The position numbers and the translations under genes were made by a program. The notes under the pieces are model-generated. The model saw nothing but the letters and a program-made list of their open reading frames with translations. It ran no database searches and had not been told where the DNA came from. From Pirellulales bacterium (GTDB lineage: Bacteria > Planctomycetota > Planctomycetia > Pirellulales > UBA1268): a stretch of 64,000 nucleotides of DNA. The DNA is taken from NCBI GenBank assembly GCA_016779265.1, contig JADHNY010000009.1, forward strand, positions 1,517 to 65,516, written 5' to 3'. Each line of letters begins with the position of its first letter. Position 1 is the first letter of the stretch. Below are positions 19,316 to 29,125 of the stretch, piece by piece.

Positions 19316-20872
19316 ATGTCTGCTCTCGAGCACGACTCACAGACCCCTGAGACCCGGATCGACGACTCGCCGCCGCCACCGCCGCGGAAGCCGGCGAGTT
19401 CGGTGGAGACGCCGGAGTTTTTGACGGCCCTGAGAGCAAGCAACCTTGCTCCCGTCGACAAGATCGACGCGGTCGTGGCGGCCTGGGCGGAGGCAACAGG
19501 CCCGATTCCCAAGGCACTCGTCGATGCCCTCGTGGAAAACGGCCTGATCACGATCTGGCAGTACGGGTTCCTGCGAAAAGGCAAGTACAAAGGCTTCTTT
19601 CTTGGGAAGTACAAGCTTCTCGGCCTGCTCGGGGCGGGAGGGATGGGCAGCGTCTATCTCGCCGAACACACCACGCTTGGCCACAAGGTGGCGATTAAGG
19701 TGCTGCCGGAAAAGAGCGTGGAGAAAACGAGCTTCCTGGAACGGTTCAAGCGGGAAGCCATGTCGGCTGCACGTCTCAATCACCCCAACATCTCCCGTGC
19801 GTACGATCTCGACGAAGCCGGTAAAGTTCACTTCATGGTGCTGGAGTATGTCGAGGGCACCGACCTCTACGCACGCGTGAAGCAGGACGGCCCGTTCAGT
19901 GTTCATGAAGCCGTCGACTGCATTCGCCAGGCAGCCCTCGGGCTCGACTACGCCCACTCGCAAGGCTTCGTGCACCGCGACATCAAGCCGGCCAACCTGA
20001 TGCTTGACGGGCGAGGCACGCTGAAAATCCTCGACCTCGGCCTCGCACTCCCTCCGGAAGAAGAGGACACCACCTCGCTGACTCAACGCCATCGCGAACG
20101 AGTGTTGGGCACCGCTGACTATCTCGCCCCCGAACAGTCGCGAAACAGTCATCTCGCCGACCGGCGGAGTGACATCTACAGCCTCGGCTGCACGTTCTAC
20201 TACCTGCTAGTGGGCAAGCCTCCCTTTCATGTCGGCAAGGCAGCCGAGCGGATCAAGGCCCACCGCGAACAGCCGCCCCCAAACCCACTCGAGGTACGTG
20301 CGGACCTTCCGCCGGAACTCGTTGAAACCTGCCTGCGAATGATGGAGAAGCATCCCGAGGCTCGCCCTCAGGATGCCGGGGAGATCGCCAAGACGCTGGC
20401 GACCTGGCAGACCAACAACCCAGCTCCTGAGCGACCTGCAACAGAGCCGGTCCGCCGTCCTGTGAAGAAGCCTCCCGTGAGACGTGCCGGCACCACACCG
20501 GCATCGAGGCCCTTCGTACGATCGGAGAGCCGCAGGATTGGTCCCGCCTCAAGCGATGGCGACGCCACGGGCAGCGGCGGTTCTGGGATCGGTATCGGTG
20601 GTCCTGCTGACTCCGGACAGTCTGGCATCACCTCATCTGACATCTCGATCGCCTCATCGAGCGGCATCAACGTCGGCCGGAGCAGCCGGGTGAGCACGAC
20701 CTCAAGTCGCCGAGGCAGACGCACCCGCGACGTAGAGAAGCCGATTCCATCAAAGCCGCTGCTGAGCCGTGACTGGCTGGGCCAGCCCCTCGGACTCTGG
20801 CTTGCCATGCTCGCCGTCCTCGGCTTGATCGCAGCCCTGGCAGCAAAGCTGCTGATGCGGGGCGGTGCATAG
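19316..20872 (+). CDS. Hanks-type Ser/Thr protein kinase with C-terminal membrane anchor
   Basis: GAGGMG, VAIK, HRDIKPAN, DLG, GTADYLAPE, SDIYSLG; Ser/Gly/Arg-rich linker and one terminal TM helix. Confidence 0.93.
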   Translation: MSALEHDSQTPETRIDDSPPPPPRKPASSVETPEFLTALRASNLAPVDKIDAVVAAWAEATGPIPKALVDALVENGLITIWQYGFLRKGKYKGFFLGKYKLLGLLGAGGMGSVYLAEHTTLGHKVAIKVLPEKSVEKTSFLERFKREAMSAARLNHPNISRAYDLDEAGKVHFMVLEYVEGTDLYARVKQDGPFSVHEAVDCIRQAALGLDYAHSQGFVHRDIKPANLMLDGRGTLKILDLGLALPPEEEDTTSLTQRHRERVLGTADYLAPEQSRNSHLADRRSDIYSLGCTFYYLLVGKPPFHVGKAAERIKAHREQPPPNPLEVRADLPPELVETCLRMMEKHPEARPQDAGEIAKTLATWQTNNPAPERPATEPVRRPVKKPPVRRAGTTPASRPFVRSESRRIGPASSDGDATGSGGSGIGIGGPADSGQSGITSSDISIASSSGINVGRSSRVSTTSSRRGRRTRDVEKPIPSKPLLSRDWLGQPLGLWLAMLAVLGLIAALAAKLLMRGGA

Positions 20873-20966
20873 CCGCCATTGTCAGTTCCATCAACGACTC
20901 TCGTACGGCATCGAAGCCCGTGCTGCATCGATGAATGCGTCATGGGCTCACAGCACGATGCCACCT

Positions 20967-21737
20967 TCAGACGCCGGCACGGAGCTGCCAGGGACAGCTC
21001 GCGAGGCTCGCGAGCATGTCTCGCCGCGTGAGGTCAAAATGCAGCGGCGTGACGGTGACTGCCCCCGCAGCCAACGCGGTGACATCCGACTCATGAGGTG
21101 AGGGGGCAGGTGGAGGATCGTTGGTCGCCCAGTAGTAGGAGCGACCCCGTGGATCGACACGTCGTTCAAACGCTTCGCCATATCGGGCAATGCTCATCGG
21201 CACGACCCGCACCTCAGGTAGTCCAGAGAGGGCCGCCGTGGGAATGTTCACGTTAAACAGGCTGCCGGCGGCGGGCTCTGTCGCGAGCAGATCCTTAATC
21301 ACATCGATCGCGATCTCGGCGGCGCGAGCGAAGTTGAAGTGGTCATTCCACTCCAACGACACCGCGATGCTTGTGATCCCGAAGAAGGCTCCTTCGATCG
21401 CCGCGGCGACGGTTCCTGAGTAGAGCACGTTGATACCGGCGTTGAGCCCACCATTGATGCCACTCACGACCAGCGTCGGCCGCTCAGGACAGAACTCGCC
21501 AATCCCGAGTTTCACCGAATCTGCTGGACTGCCATCCACAGCCCAGCCTCGCAGCCGGTCCCCGTCGAAGACCTCCTTGGCCGTGAGCGGCGTGAGAAAG
21601 GTAATCGCATGCCCAACACCGCTCTGTTCGGTCGACGGAGCGGCCACCGTCAGGTCGCCAATCCCACGGAGCTGCTTCTCCATTGCCGCAAGGCCAGGCG
21701 CGTAGATCCCATCGTCATTGGTCAGCAGCACACGCAT
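20967..21737 (-). CDS. surE: 5'/3'-nucleotidase SurE
   Basis: MRVLLTNDDGIYAPG, EQSGVG, GSPADSV, SGINGGLNAG, YSGTVAAA. Confidence 0.96.
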   Translation of the reverse strand: MRVLLTNDDGIYAPGLAAMEKQLRGIGDLTVAAPSTEQSGVGHAITFLTPLTAKEVFDGDRLRGWAVDGSPADSVKLGIGEFCPERPTLVVSGINGGLNAGINVLYSGTVAAAIEGAFFGITSIAVSLEWNDHFNFARAAEIAIDVIKDLLATEPAAGSLFNVNIPTAALSGLPEVRVVPMSIARYGEAFERRVDPRGRSYYWATNDPPPAPSPHESDVTALAAGAVTVTPLHFDLTRRDMLASLASCPWQLRAGV

Positions 21738-21851
21738 CGAAGTCTCGTCATCGGAGGGAGGGGAGCAGAGAGCGAAGGCCGCTACTATAGCAGCGAGTAG
21801 TGCCATTTCCGGGGTCTGAAGCGGGGAATCGCCAAGAAAAAGCAGCCGGCC

Positions 21852-21857
21852 TATACT
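21852..21857 (+). promoter_or_regulatory. putative -10 element of guaA
   Basis: cTATACT 70 nt upstream of the guaA start. Confidence 0.45.
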
Positions 21858-21926
21858 GAGGGATTTTCGCCGCCTGGCGAATCAGACGTTCAAGATGTTC
21901 CTCCCCGTTCCTGCGATCTAACGACT

Positions 21927-23522
21927 GTGACCACGACACCTGACCGGCGGCCTTCGCCCGACACCACCACCACTGACGGTATCACCGCTGAGAAGGTGCT
22001 GGTCCTCGACTTCGGTTCGCAATACGCCCAGTTGATTGCCCGGCGTGTTCGTGAACAGCGCGTCTACTGCGAGATCGTTCGCCATGACCTGCCGATGGAG
22101 CGGATCCGCGAACTGGCACCAGCAGGTCTGATTCTCTCAGGTGGTCCTTCGAGCGTGTATGCCGAAGGAGCCCCTCGTTGCGATCCCGCGATCTTCGAGA
22201 GTGGTATCCCGGTGCTCGGCATCTGCTACGGCATGCAGCTCGTCTGCGACGCGCTAGGAGGCAAAGTCGGCGGCGTCTCAAGCCGCGAGTATGGCCGAGC
22301 CCTGCTTGATGTCACTGGCGAAGACACGCTCTTTGATGGCGTGCCTGAGCATTCTGAAGTCTGGATGAGCCATGGCGATCAGGTGACGGAGGTTTCTGAC
22401 GACTTCATCACTCTGGCAGAGACATCGACCTGCCCACTGGCAGCAGTGAAACACACCACACTGCCGGTCTACGGCATGCAGTTCCATCCAGAGGTAACCC
22501 ACACCGCTCACGGCGACGTGATGCTTGCCAACTTTCTCCGGGCCACCTGCGGCTGCCATGGGACCTGGCGACTCGACGACTTCGCGGCGGCCTCGATCGC
22601 CAAGATTCGCGAGCAGGTGGGCTCCGGTCGGGTGATCTGTGGGCTCTCAGGTGGAGTCGACTCCGCAGTCGTGGCGGCACTCTTGTCGCGTGCGATTGGT
22701 GATCAGCTCTCCTGCATCCTCGTCGACAACGGCCTGCTGCGGAAGAATGAAGCCGCGACGGTGATCGAAGAGTTCACCAACCATTTCCGGACCGACCTGC
22801 ATGTCGTTGAGGGGGAGGGACGCTTCCTGGAAATGCTCGCCGGTGTCACGGAACCACAAGAGAAGCGTCGTCGCATCGGAAAAGCCTTTGTCGATTGCTT
22901 TGCGGAGGAGGCGTTGCGGATCGAGGATGTGCGTTTCTTGGCTCAGGGAACACTCTATCCAGACGTGATCGAGAGCGGTGCCGCCGCAGACGGGCCTGCC
23001 GCCACCATCAAACTTCACCACAACGTCGGTGGACTGCCGGAGAAGCTAGACTTTGAGCTAATCGAACCGCTGCGAGATCTTTTCAAGGACGAAGTTCGGC
23101 AACTGGGCCTGCAACTGGGCCTGCCCGAAAAGATCGTCTGGCGACATCCCTTCCCTGGACCAGGGCTGGCTGTCCGCTGCCTGGGCGAAGTGACCAAGCC
23201 TCGCCTCGAGACACTCCGCGAGGCAGACGCCATCGTGCTTGAAGAGATCGACAAGGCAGGACTCTCGCGAAAGGTCTCGCAGGCGTTTGCGGTGCTCCTG
23301 CCGGTGCAGAGTGTAGGCGTCATGGGCGACTCCCGCACCTACGATGATGTGCTCGCCGTGCGTGCTGTCGAAACGGAAGACTTCATGACGGCAGACTGGA
23401 GCCATCTGCCCTACGAGGTGCTCGCTTCGATCTCAAGCCGTGTGATCAACGAGGTTCGTGGGATCAACCGAGTCGTTTACGATATTTCCTCGAAGCCACC
23501 AGCCACGATTGAGTGGGAGTAG
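21927..23522 (+). CDS. guaA: GMP synthase (glutamine-hydrolysing)
   Basis: [43 protein letters not shown]. Confidence 0.98.
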   Translation: MTTTPDRRPSPDTTTTDGITAEKVLVLDFGSQYAQLIARRVREQRVYCEIVRHDLPMERIRELAPAGLILSGGPSSVYAEGAPRCDPAIFESGIPVLGICYGMQLVCDALGGKVGGVSSREYGRALLDVTGEDTLFDGVPEHSEVWMSHGDQVTEVSDDFITLAETSTCPLAAVKHTTLPVYGMQFHPEVTHTAHGDVMLANFLRATCGCHGTWRLDDFAAASIAKIREQVGSGRVICGLSGGVDSAVVAALLSRAIGDQLSCILVDNGLLRKNEAATVIEEFTNHFRTDLHVVEGEGRFLEMLAGVTEPQEKRRRIGKAFVDCFAEEALRIEDVRFLAQGTLYPDVIESGAAADGPAATIKLHHNVGGLPEKLDFELIEPLRDLFKDEVRQLGLQLGLPEKIVWRHPFPGPGLAVRCLGEVTKPRLETLREADAIVLEEIDKAGLSRKVSQAFAVLLPVQSVGVMGDSRTYDDVLAVRAVETEDFMTADWSHLPYEVLASISSRVINEVRGINRVVYDISSKPPATIEWE

Positions 23523-23611
23523 GCGAGTTCCTGTCAAAGCTGCAAGCATCCTTCACGGGCGGATCGCAGTGAGACAGGATAGGTGTATTTTCTCCGTCCG
23601 GTTCTGATCGC

Positions 23612-24283
23612 ATGCACGTCTGCCTTGTTGAAGATGACCCGCTGGTCTGTCGCGCGGTGGATCGAGCGCTCCGTGACGCAGGTCACTCGTGCATCTGTTT
23701 TGATGATGGCCGGCAGGCGATCGATGCTCAGGGACTCGCTGGCTGTGACGTGGCTGTGCTCGATGTCACTCTGCCTGGTGCAACTGGCCTTGAGGTGCTT
23801 GCCGACGCTCGGGAGAAGGGCATCCGCACACCGGTGATCATGCTCACGGCCTTGGGTGCGACACCGGAGAAGCTTCAGGCCTTCGACCGAGGGGCCGATG
23901 ACTACCTCGTCAAACCGTTCGACACCGCTGAACTCGTCGCTCGTCTCGACGCCATGCATCGTCGAGCGGCATATCGCCCCACACTCGAACTGGTGGCTGG
24001 TTCACTCAAACTGAGTTTGGCCACCAAACGGGTCAGCTTCGACGGCCGTCAGGTCGACCTGACCCCCACGGAGCTGAGCATCCTTGAAATGCTCATGCGG
24101 TATAAAGGGCAGGTGGTGACCCGCACCATGCTCTGCGAACACATCTGGGGCTTCCGCTGGGATGGCCCAACCAATGTGATCGAGGTGCACATCACCCGCA
24201 TTCGAGGCAAACTCGACCACGGCCGAGACCAGTCACTGATTAAAACGATTCGAGGCCGCGGCTATGCCCTCGCCGCCGAGTAA
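23612..24283 (+). CDS. OmpR/PhoB-family response regulator
   Basis: VEDD, LDVTLPG, GADDYLVKPF, winged helix TNVIEVHITRIRGKL...TIRGRGY. Confidence 0.95.
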   Translation: MHVCLVEDDPLVCRAVDRALRDAGHSCICFDDGRQAIDAQGLAGCDVAVLDVTLPGATGLEVLADAREKGIRTPVIMLTALGATPEKLQAFDRGADDYLVKPFDTAELVARLDAMHRRAAYRPTLELVAGSLKLSLATKRVSFDGRQVDLTPTELSILEMLMRYKGQVVTRTMLCEHIWGFRWDGPTNVIEVHITRIRGKLDHGRDQSLIKTIRGRGYALAAE

Positions 24284-25817
24284 GACGACTGCTTCCACCC
24301 TTCGCCAGGGTCTCCTCCACTGGGCCACGCTACGTCTCCGACTGACGCTTTGGAACACAGCCGTTGTGCTCTTCGCAACGCTAGCCACCCTCGGGGCAGT
24401 GCTGTTTGGTGCTCGAGCGGCCTTATTTCGTGAGGCCGATGCGGTCCTTGCCGGCGAAGTCGCTGAGATTGTGCTGGCGATCCGTGACCTTCATCCCGAC
24501 ACACAGGCCGTCACCGACGAACTGCGTCGCAAAGCCGTCGGTCATGAGCAGCGAGGCTGGTTCACGCAGCTTCTCGACGCATCAGGCAGCACACTCTGGT
24601 CGAGCGATGGATGCCCTCACGAGGTCCTCAGGTTCTCAGACACCACGACGACTGAAATCACCAGCGACCCCGAACTCGTGCAGGTGGGTGACTACCGCTT
24701 TGCCTGGCAAAAAGTCGACACGCCATCGCATGCGCCGCTCTCCGTACGGATTGGCATGTCGACTGCCTACCTCGATGAAGACGTCAATGCGCTGGCACGC
24801 TTGCTGATCGCCATCGGCGTGGGAATCAGCGTCCTGACGCCGGTGGGTGGTTTTTGGCTGGCCGTACGGGCCACGAGGCCGATCGCCGACATCCTGAAAG
24901 CCGCCGCACGCCTGCAGCCAACGAGGCTCACCGACCGTCTTCCGGTGCGTGGCACGAACGACGAGCTTGATCGGCTTGCAGCCACGGTCAATCGGCTCCT
25001 CGATCAGATTGCCCAGCATGTGCAGCGTCAGGAGACGTTCATCGCTGATGCGGCCCACGAACTGCGAGGCCCTCTCGCCGCCGTCCGCAACACGCTCGAG
25101 CTGGCGATGTCGCCGCAACTCGCCGCAGAAGACATTCAGCAGTTGCTTGAAGAGGCAATCGAACAGACGCAGCAGCTGTCCAAACTCGCCAGCGACCTGC
25201 TGGTGCTTGCAGAATCCTCGGATGCACCTCCTGCACCTGCCACCGATCCCGTCGACCTCCAGGAGGTCGCCACCAGCATGGTGGACATGTTCTCCGGAGT
25301 TGCCGAAGAAGCCGGCGTGACGATCACCTGCGAAGACACAAGCGGTCGTCCACACACGAGCCGTGTCGCAGGAATTCACACGCGACTGCGAGAAGTTGTC
25401 AGCAACCTGCTCGAGAACGCGCTGCGATTCACCCCGCGAGGAGGGTCGATCCGCGTGAGCCTGGAAAGCAATCCTGCAGACCGCACGATCTCGCTGGTCG
25501 TCGAAGACACCGGCAGTGGCATCACAGAAGCGGATGCCGCTCGGGTTTTCGAACGCTTCTACCAGGCGAATTCCTCACGAGACCGCCGCGACGGGCGACG
25601 GGGTGGTGGCCTGGGCCTGTCGATCTGCAAAGCAATCGTCGAGTCACACGGCGGCAGCATCTCGCTCAAGAGCCAACCGGCAGGCAAGGGGCCCGGCTGG
25701 ACGCGTGTCACAGTCACCCTGCCGTGGGCTTCAGCATCCGCCGCGGAGCAACCGACGGCAGCTCAAGCAGCGGCCGCCTCCAACGCCTCCGTCGAAGCCC
25801 GCGGCGGCGAGTCATGA
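24264..25817 (+). CDS. membrane sensor histidine kinase (2 TM, HAMP, HisKA, HATPase)
   Basis: DAAHELRGPL, NLLENALRF, DTGSGI, FERF, GGGLGLSI; overlaps the regulator. Confidence 0.95.
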   Translation: MPSPPSKTTASTLRQGLLHWATLRLRLTLWNTAVVLFATLATLGAVLFGARAALFREADAVLAGEVAEIVLAIRDLHPDTQAVTDELRRKAVGHEQRGWFTQLLDASGSTLWSSDGCPHEVLRFSDTTTTEITSDPELVQVGDYRFAWQKVDTPSHAPLSVRIGMSTAYLDEDVNALARLLIAIGVGISVLTPVGGFWLAVRATRPIADILKAAARLQPTRLTDRLPVRGTNDELDRLAATVNRLLDQIAQHVQRQETFIADAAHELRGPLAAVRNTLELAMSPQLAAEDIQQLLEEAIEQTQQLSKLASDLLVLAESSDAPPAPATDPVDLQEVATSMVDMFSGVAEEAGVTITCEDTSGRPHTSRVAGIHTRLREVVSNLLENALRFTPRGGSIRVSLESNPADRTISLVVEDTGSGITEADAARVFERFYQANSSRDRRDGRRGGGLGLSICKAIVESHGGSISLKSQPAGKGPGWTRVTVTLPWASASAAEQPTAAQAAAASNASVEARGGES

Positions 25818-25947
25818 CGTCGCCCGCTGGTGCGATAGGTTCTCGCCAGAATGCTGTTTGCGTGGACGGGGCAGGGCAAGAAGATACCTTCACCCGAATA
25901 TGCCGCAGACGTTGTCTGCGGGCCAGAGCAGGGATTCCTGAAGGGCG

Positions 25948-26709
25948 TTGAGCATGACTCCCGTCTTCGATGACGACGCACTCCGACGAGTCGATGTGGC
26001 GATTCTTGTTGCCCTCTCACTCGAGGCAACTCCCCTCGTGGAGAAGCTCCATGATGTGGTGAACCTGACCGCTGCTGCCGGCCTCAAGATCACCGTGGGC
26101 CAGCTGAAAGAACGCCGTGTCGCGGTGGTGACCACCGGAGTCGGTCGGGAAGCCGCCGTTCGTGGCACGCAGATCACGATCGCAGGCCATCGCCCGCAGC
26201 TGATCCTGGCTGCAGGCCTCTGCGGCGGCCTCGCTCCGGATCTTTGTCGTGGTGAGGTGGTGATTGGCCAGTCCGTCACCCGGGCAAGTGGCGGCTCGCT
26301 GACACCGATTCGCACTCAGGGGCTGCTCACGACCGACGGTCTGCGGCAGGTACGCGTGGTCACCGCTGACAGCGTCGTCGAGACTCCGGAAGGGAAGCGT
26401 CAGCTGAGAGCAGCGACCGACGGCGACGTCGTCGACATGGAAAGCTGGTGGATCGCTGAAGCGGCTGAGGCCACTGATACCGCCTGGGCAGTGGTTCGCA
26501 GCATCTCCGACACGGCTGAAGACCGGATTCCCAAAGACGTGGCACACCTTGCATCGGTCAAACATCCCGCCCGGCTCGCAGGAGCGGCAGCCCGGCTGCT
26601 GTTCTTTCGGCCCTCTGCAATCGGCGACCTCGCAGAACTTCGCGAACATGCCTGCGCCGCGGCGGATCGCCTCGCAGCAGCCGTGGAGATCATGCTCGGC
26701 CGCCGGTGA
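25948..26709 (+). CDS. nucleoside phosphorylase-family protein, likely HpnG-type adenosylhopane nucleosidase
   Basis: TGVG, AGLCGGL, VVDMES, VRSISD; adjacent to hpnCDE. Confidence 0.75.
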   Translation: MSMTPVFDDDALRRVDVAILVALSLEATPLVEKLHDVVNLTAAAGLKITVGQLKERRVAVVTTGVGREAAVRGTQITIAGHRPQLILAAGLCGGLAPDLCRGEVVIGQSVTRASGGSLTPIRTQGLLTTDGLRQVRVVTADSVVETPEGKRQLRAATDGDVVDMESWWIAEAAEATDTAWAVVRSISDTAEDRIPKDVAHLASVKHPARLAGAAARLLFFRPSAIGDLAELREHACAAADRLAAAVEIMLGRR

Positions 26710-29125
26710 GTAGCCGCACCAAGAGGCCAGGCGGGAGATCAGCTGTCAGCGTCTGCTGAACCGCGCCACACGACGTCAGGCAGGCGGCCGCCGCAAGCCT
26801 CCCGCTCCGCACGGCCCCCTCCATCGTCGATGGCCATCCGGTGGCGGTCCAGTCTCCGGCCAAGAACAGATTCGGCACGCCGGTTGTGGCCGCTGGCCGC
26901 AACGCGTCGACACCGGGGCGAACCGAGAGCACCGCTGTGGGATCGGTCACAATCCGCGAGTCGAGCAGTGTGGCCTCTCGGGCCGCCGGGAAGAGCTCAC
27001 GCAGTTCGCCCACCACGCGGGCCAGCAGCTGTTCGCGATCGGTGCCTAGCAGATCATGCGAACCGCTAATCACCACCTGACAGTAGCCGCTTTCAGAAGC
27101 CTCGTTTGCGTCTCCGGAGCGGAAGACCCACTGCGAAAGACGGCCCAGCAGCACCGCATGCGGCAGATCAATCACCGGTCGATCGAACCACAGGTGCACG
27201 CCGGTGATCGGTGAACCGGCCAGGCCGTCTCCACCTTCAGGCACCTCGTCGGGCACAAGCCGAGCCGCCGCCCGCCAGGGCACCGCCAGGATCACACCGC
27301 GGCAGGCGATGCGTGCCTCACCATCTTCACCACGGCGATCGACCATCACCGCCTCGACCCGACCGTCGTCGTCATACGCCAGCGAGGAGACCACCGTGCT
27401 CTGGTCGATCTGCACTCCCTGCGACTGCAGCCATCCAGCCAGCCCACCACCAAACAGCTCACCGAGCGGCCGGCAGGGCACGTACAAGTCGGCAGCATTG
27501 CGATGCGCTAAAAAGCCCTCCAGGATCACCTTCCGCGATGCTTCGACGGAGACCTGGTGGATGGAATCTCCCAACGCACTTTCCAGCACTGGCTGCCAGA
27601 ACAGATCGATCACACGCTGCGGCTGCCCACGGTCCACCAGCCAGGCGAAGGCTTCCTCCGGCTGCTGTCGGCCAGGCCGCCACCAGACCAGCTGCAGCAT
27701 CCCACGGGCGAGAGCCATCTTTTCAACGAGATTGAAGTGCGGCATGGCACCGAGCAAGGGAGCAAGATGCAGGGGCGGAGGGAGCCAGGTCGACGGGGTA
27801 CACCCCGCCCGCTTGCCATCGGGCCCGATGAACCACAGTTCTCGATCATGCCTCAGCTGATCACCAATTCCGCCCCGCTCACAGAGATCCAAGAAGTTGG
27901 TGCAGCAGCCCATCGCGACATGCTGGCAGGCATCGACGAGCCCACCCGTCTCACGATCGGCGAATGAGGCTGCCCGTCCACCAACATGCCGTCGCGACTC
28001 AAGCAGCCGTACGGGTGTTCCTTGCTCGATCAGTCCTGCTTCGACAAGCGATGCCGCCGCTGCCAATCCAGCCAGCCCACCTCCGACCACCACCAGCGGT
28101 AACGGTTCACCATCGACACCACGTTTCGGCGTGACGGCACACCGCGAACCGGAGGCGACTGTGCTGCGGCCATCGGTGCCGGCGAATGAGGTGACAGCCA
28201 GTGACCCCAGCAGGCGGAGCCGAGTCGGTTTGGGACGGACATGAAAGATGCCGGTCCCGGCAGACGCGACTGCCGCAAAGATGCTGCGGTAAATACCGAA
28301 CATCGCCCGAAAGATCCGTCGTCCGTCACGCGAGAGAAACCGATCGAGTCTGGCCGCCTCGGCATAGAGCTGTTGCGTGTGGACCACAAACTGATCCCGC
28401 AGCCGTACGAGGCCCCGATCCTCAAGGCTCGCAGTGCCCGCTGCGGCCTGCCGCAGGAGTTCCGGCGACACCCCGCACGCCGCGAGATCTTCACGAGGCA
28501 GATAGATACGGCCACGGTCGAGGTCTTCGGTCACATCCCGGAGGATATTCGTCAGTTGAAACGCAAGCCCACAGGCATCCGCAGCAGGCAAGGCGGCAGG
28601 TCCGTTGAACCCCCAGATATGGATCGATGCGAGGCCCACCGCGGAAGCGACCCGTCGGCAGTAGCGGTGTAGTTCATCGAGGCTCTCAAACAGACACGCC
28701 TTGTTCCCAGCGTATTGCTCAAGCGCCAGATCTTGTTCAACGCCGTCGAGCACCGCAAACAACGCCCGTGTGGGAATCGCATACGCCCGCACAACGCGGG
28801 CCATCGCTCGCAGCACGGGATCCTCACAGTCACCACCTGCCACCGCCGACGTGAATCCCTGCCGAAAGGAAGCCAGTTCAGCCTGTCGTCGCTCACGATG
28901 TTCGTCACCGATGCCGGCGGCCGTCGCGGGTGCAGGAGCATCGACAATGTCGTCGGCCCGCCGACAGAAAGCGTAGAGGGCTGTCATCGCCCGTCGTTTG
29001 GCTGTCGGCAGCAGGCGAATCGGCAATGCAAAACTGGAACGTGACGCAGCGAGCACCTCGCCGCAGAAGGCATCGTCCTGTTCCGCGGTCTGGTCCACCA
29101 TGCTTGACCTGCCCGTTCCCATCAC
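26690..29125 (-). CDS. hpnDE: fused presqualene diphosphate synthase (HpnD) - hydroxysqualene dehydroxylase (HpnE)
   Basis: N-half SSF...LYAFCRRADDIVD, FQLTNILRD...GRIYLP; C-half VVGGGLAG, LESRRHVGGRA, DACQHVAMGCC, LAGDWTATGWPSTMEGAVRSG; no stop between the halves. Confidence 0.88.
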   Translation of the reverse strand: MMGTGRSSMVDQTAEQDDAFCGEVLAASRSSFALPIRLLPTAKRRAMTALYAFCRRADDIVDAPAPATAAGIGDEHRERRQAELASFRQGFTSAVAGGDCEDPVLRAMARVVRAYAIPTRALFAVLDGVEQDLALEQYAGNKACLFESLDELHRYCRRVASAVGLASIHIWGFNGPAALPAADACGLAFQLTNILRDVTEDLDRGRIYLPREDLAACGVSPELLRQAAAGTASLEDRGLVRLRDQFVVHTQQLYAEAARLDRFLSRDGRRIFRAMFGIYRSIFAAVASAGTGIFHVRPKPTRLRLLGSLAVTSFAGTDGRSTVASGSRCAVTPKRGVDGEPLPLVVVGGGLAGLAAAASLVEAGLIEQGTPVRLLESRRHVGGRAASFADRETGGLVDACQHVAMGCCTNFLDLCERGGIGDQLRHDRELWFIGPDGKRAGCTPSTWLPPPLHLAPLLGAMPHFNLVEKMALARGMLQLVWWRPGRQQPEEAFAWLVDRGQPQRVIDLFWQPVLESALGDSIHQVSVEASRKVILEGFLAHRNAADLYVPCRPLGELFGGGLAGWLQSQGVQIDQSTVVSSLAYDDDGRVEAVMVDRRGEDGEARIACRGVILAVPWRAAARLVPDEVPEGGDGLAGSPITGVHLWFDRPVIDLPHAVLLGRLSQWVFRSGDANEASESGYCQVVISGSHDLLGTDREQLLARVVGELRELFPAAREATLLDSRIVTDPTAVLSVRPGVDALRPAATTGVPNLFLAGDWTATGWPSTMEGAVRSGRLAAAACLTSCGAVQQTLTADLPPGLLVRLLTGGRA

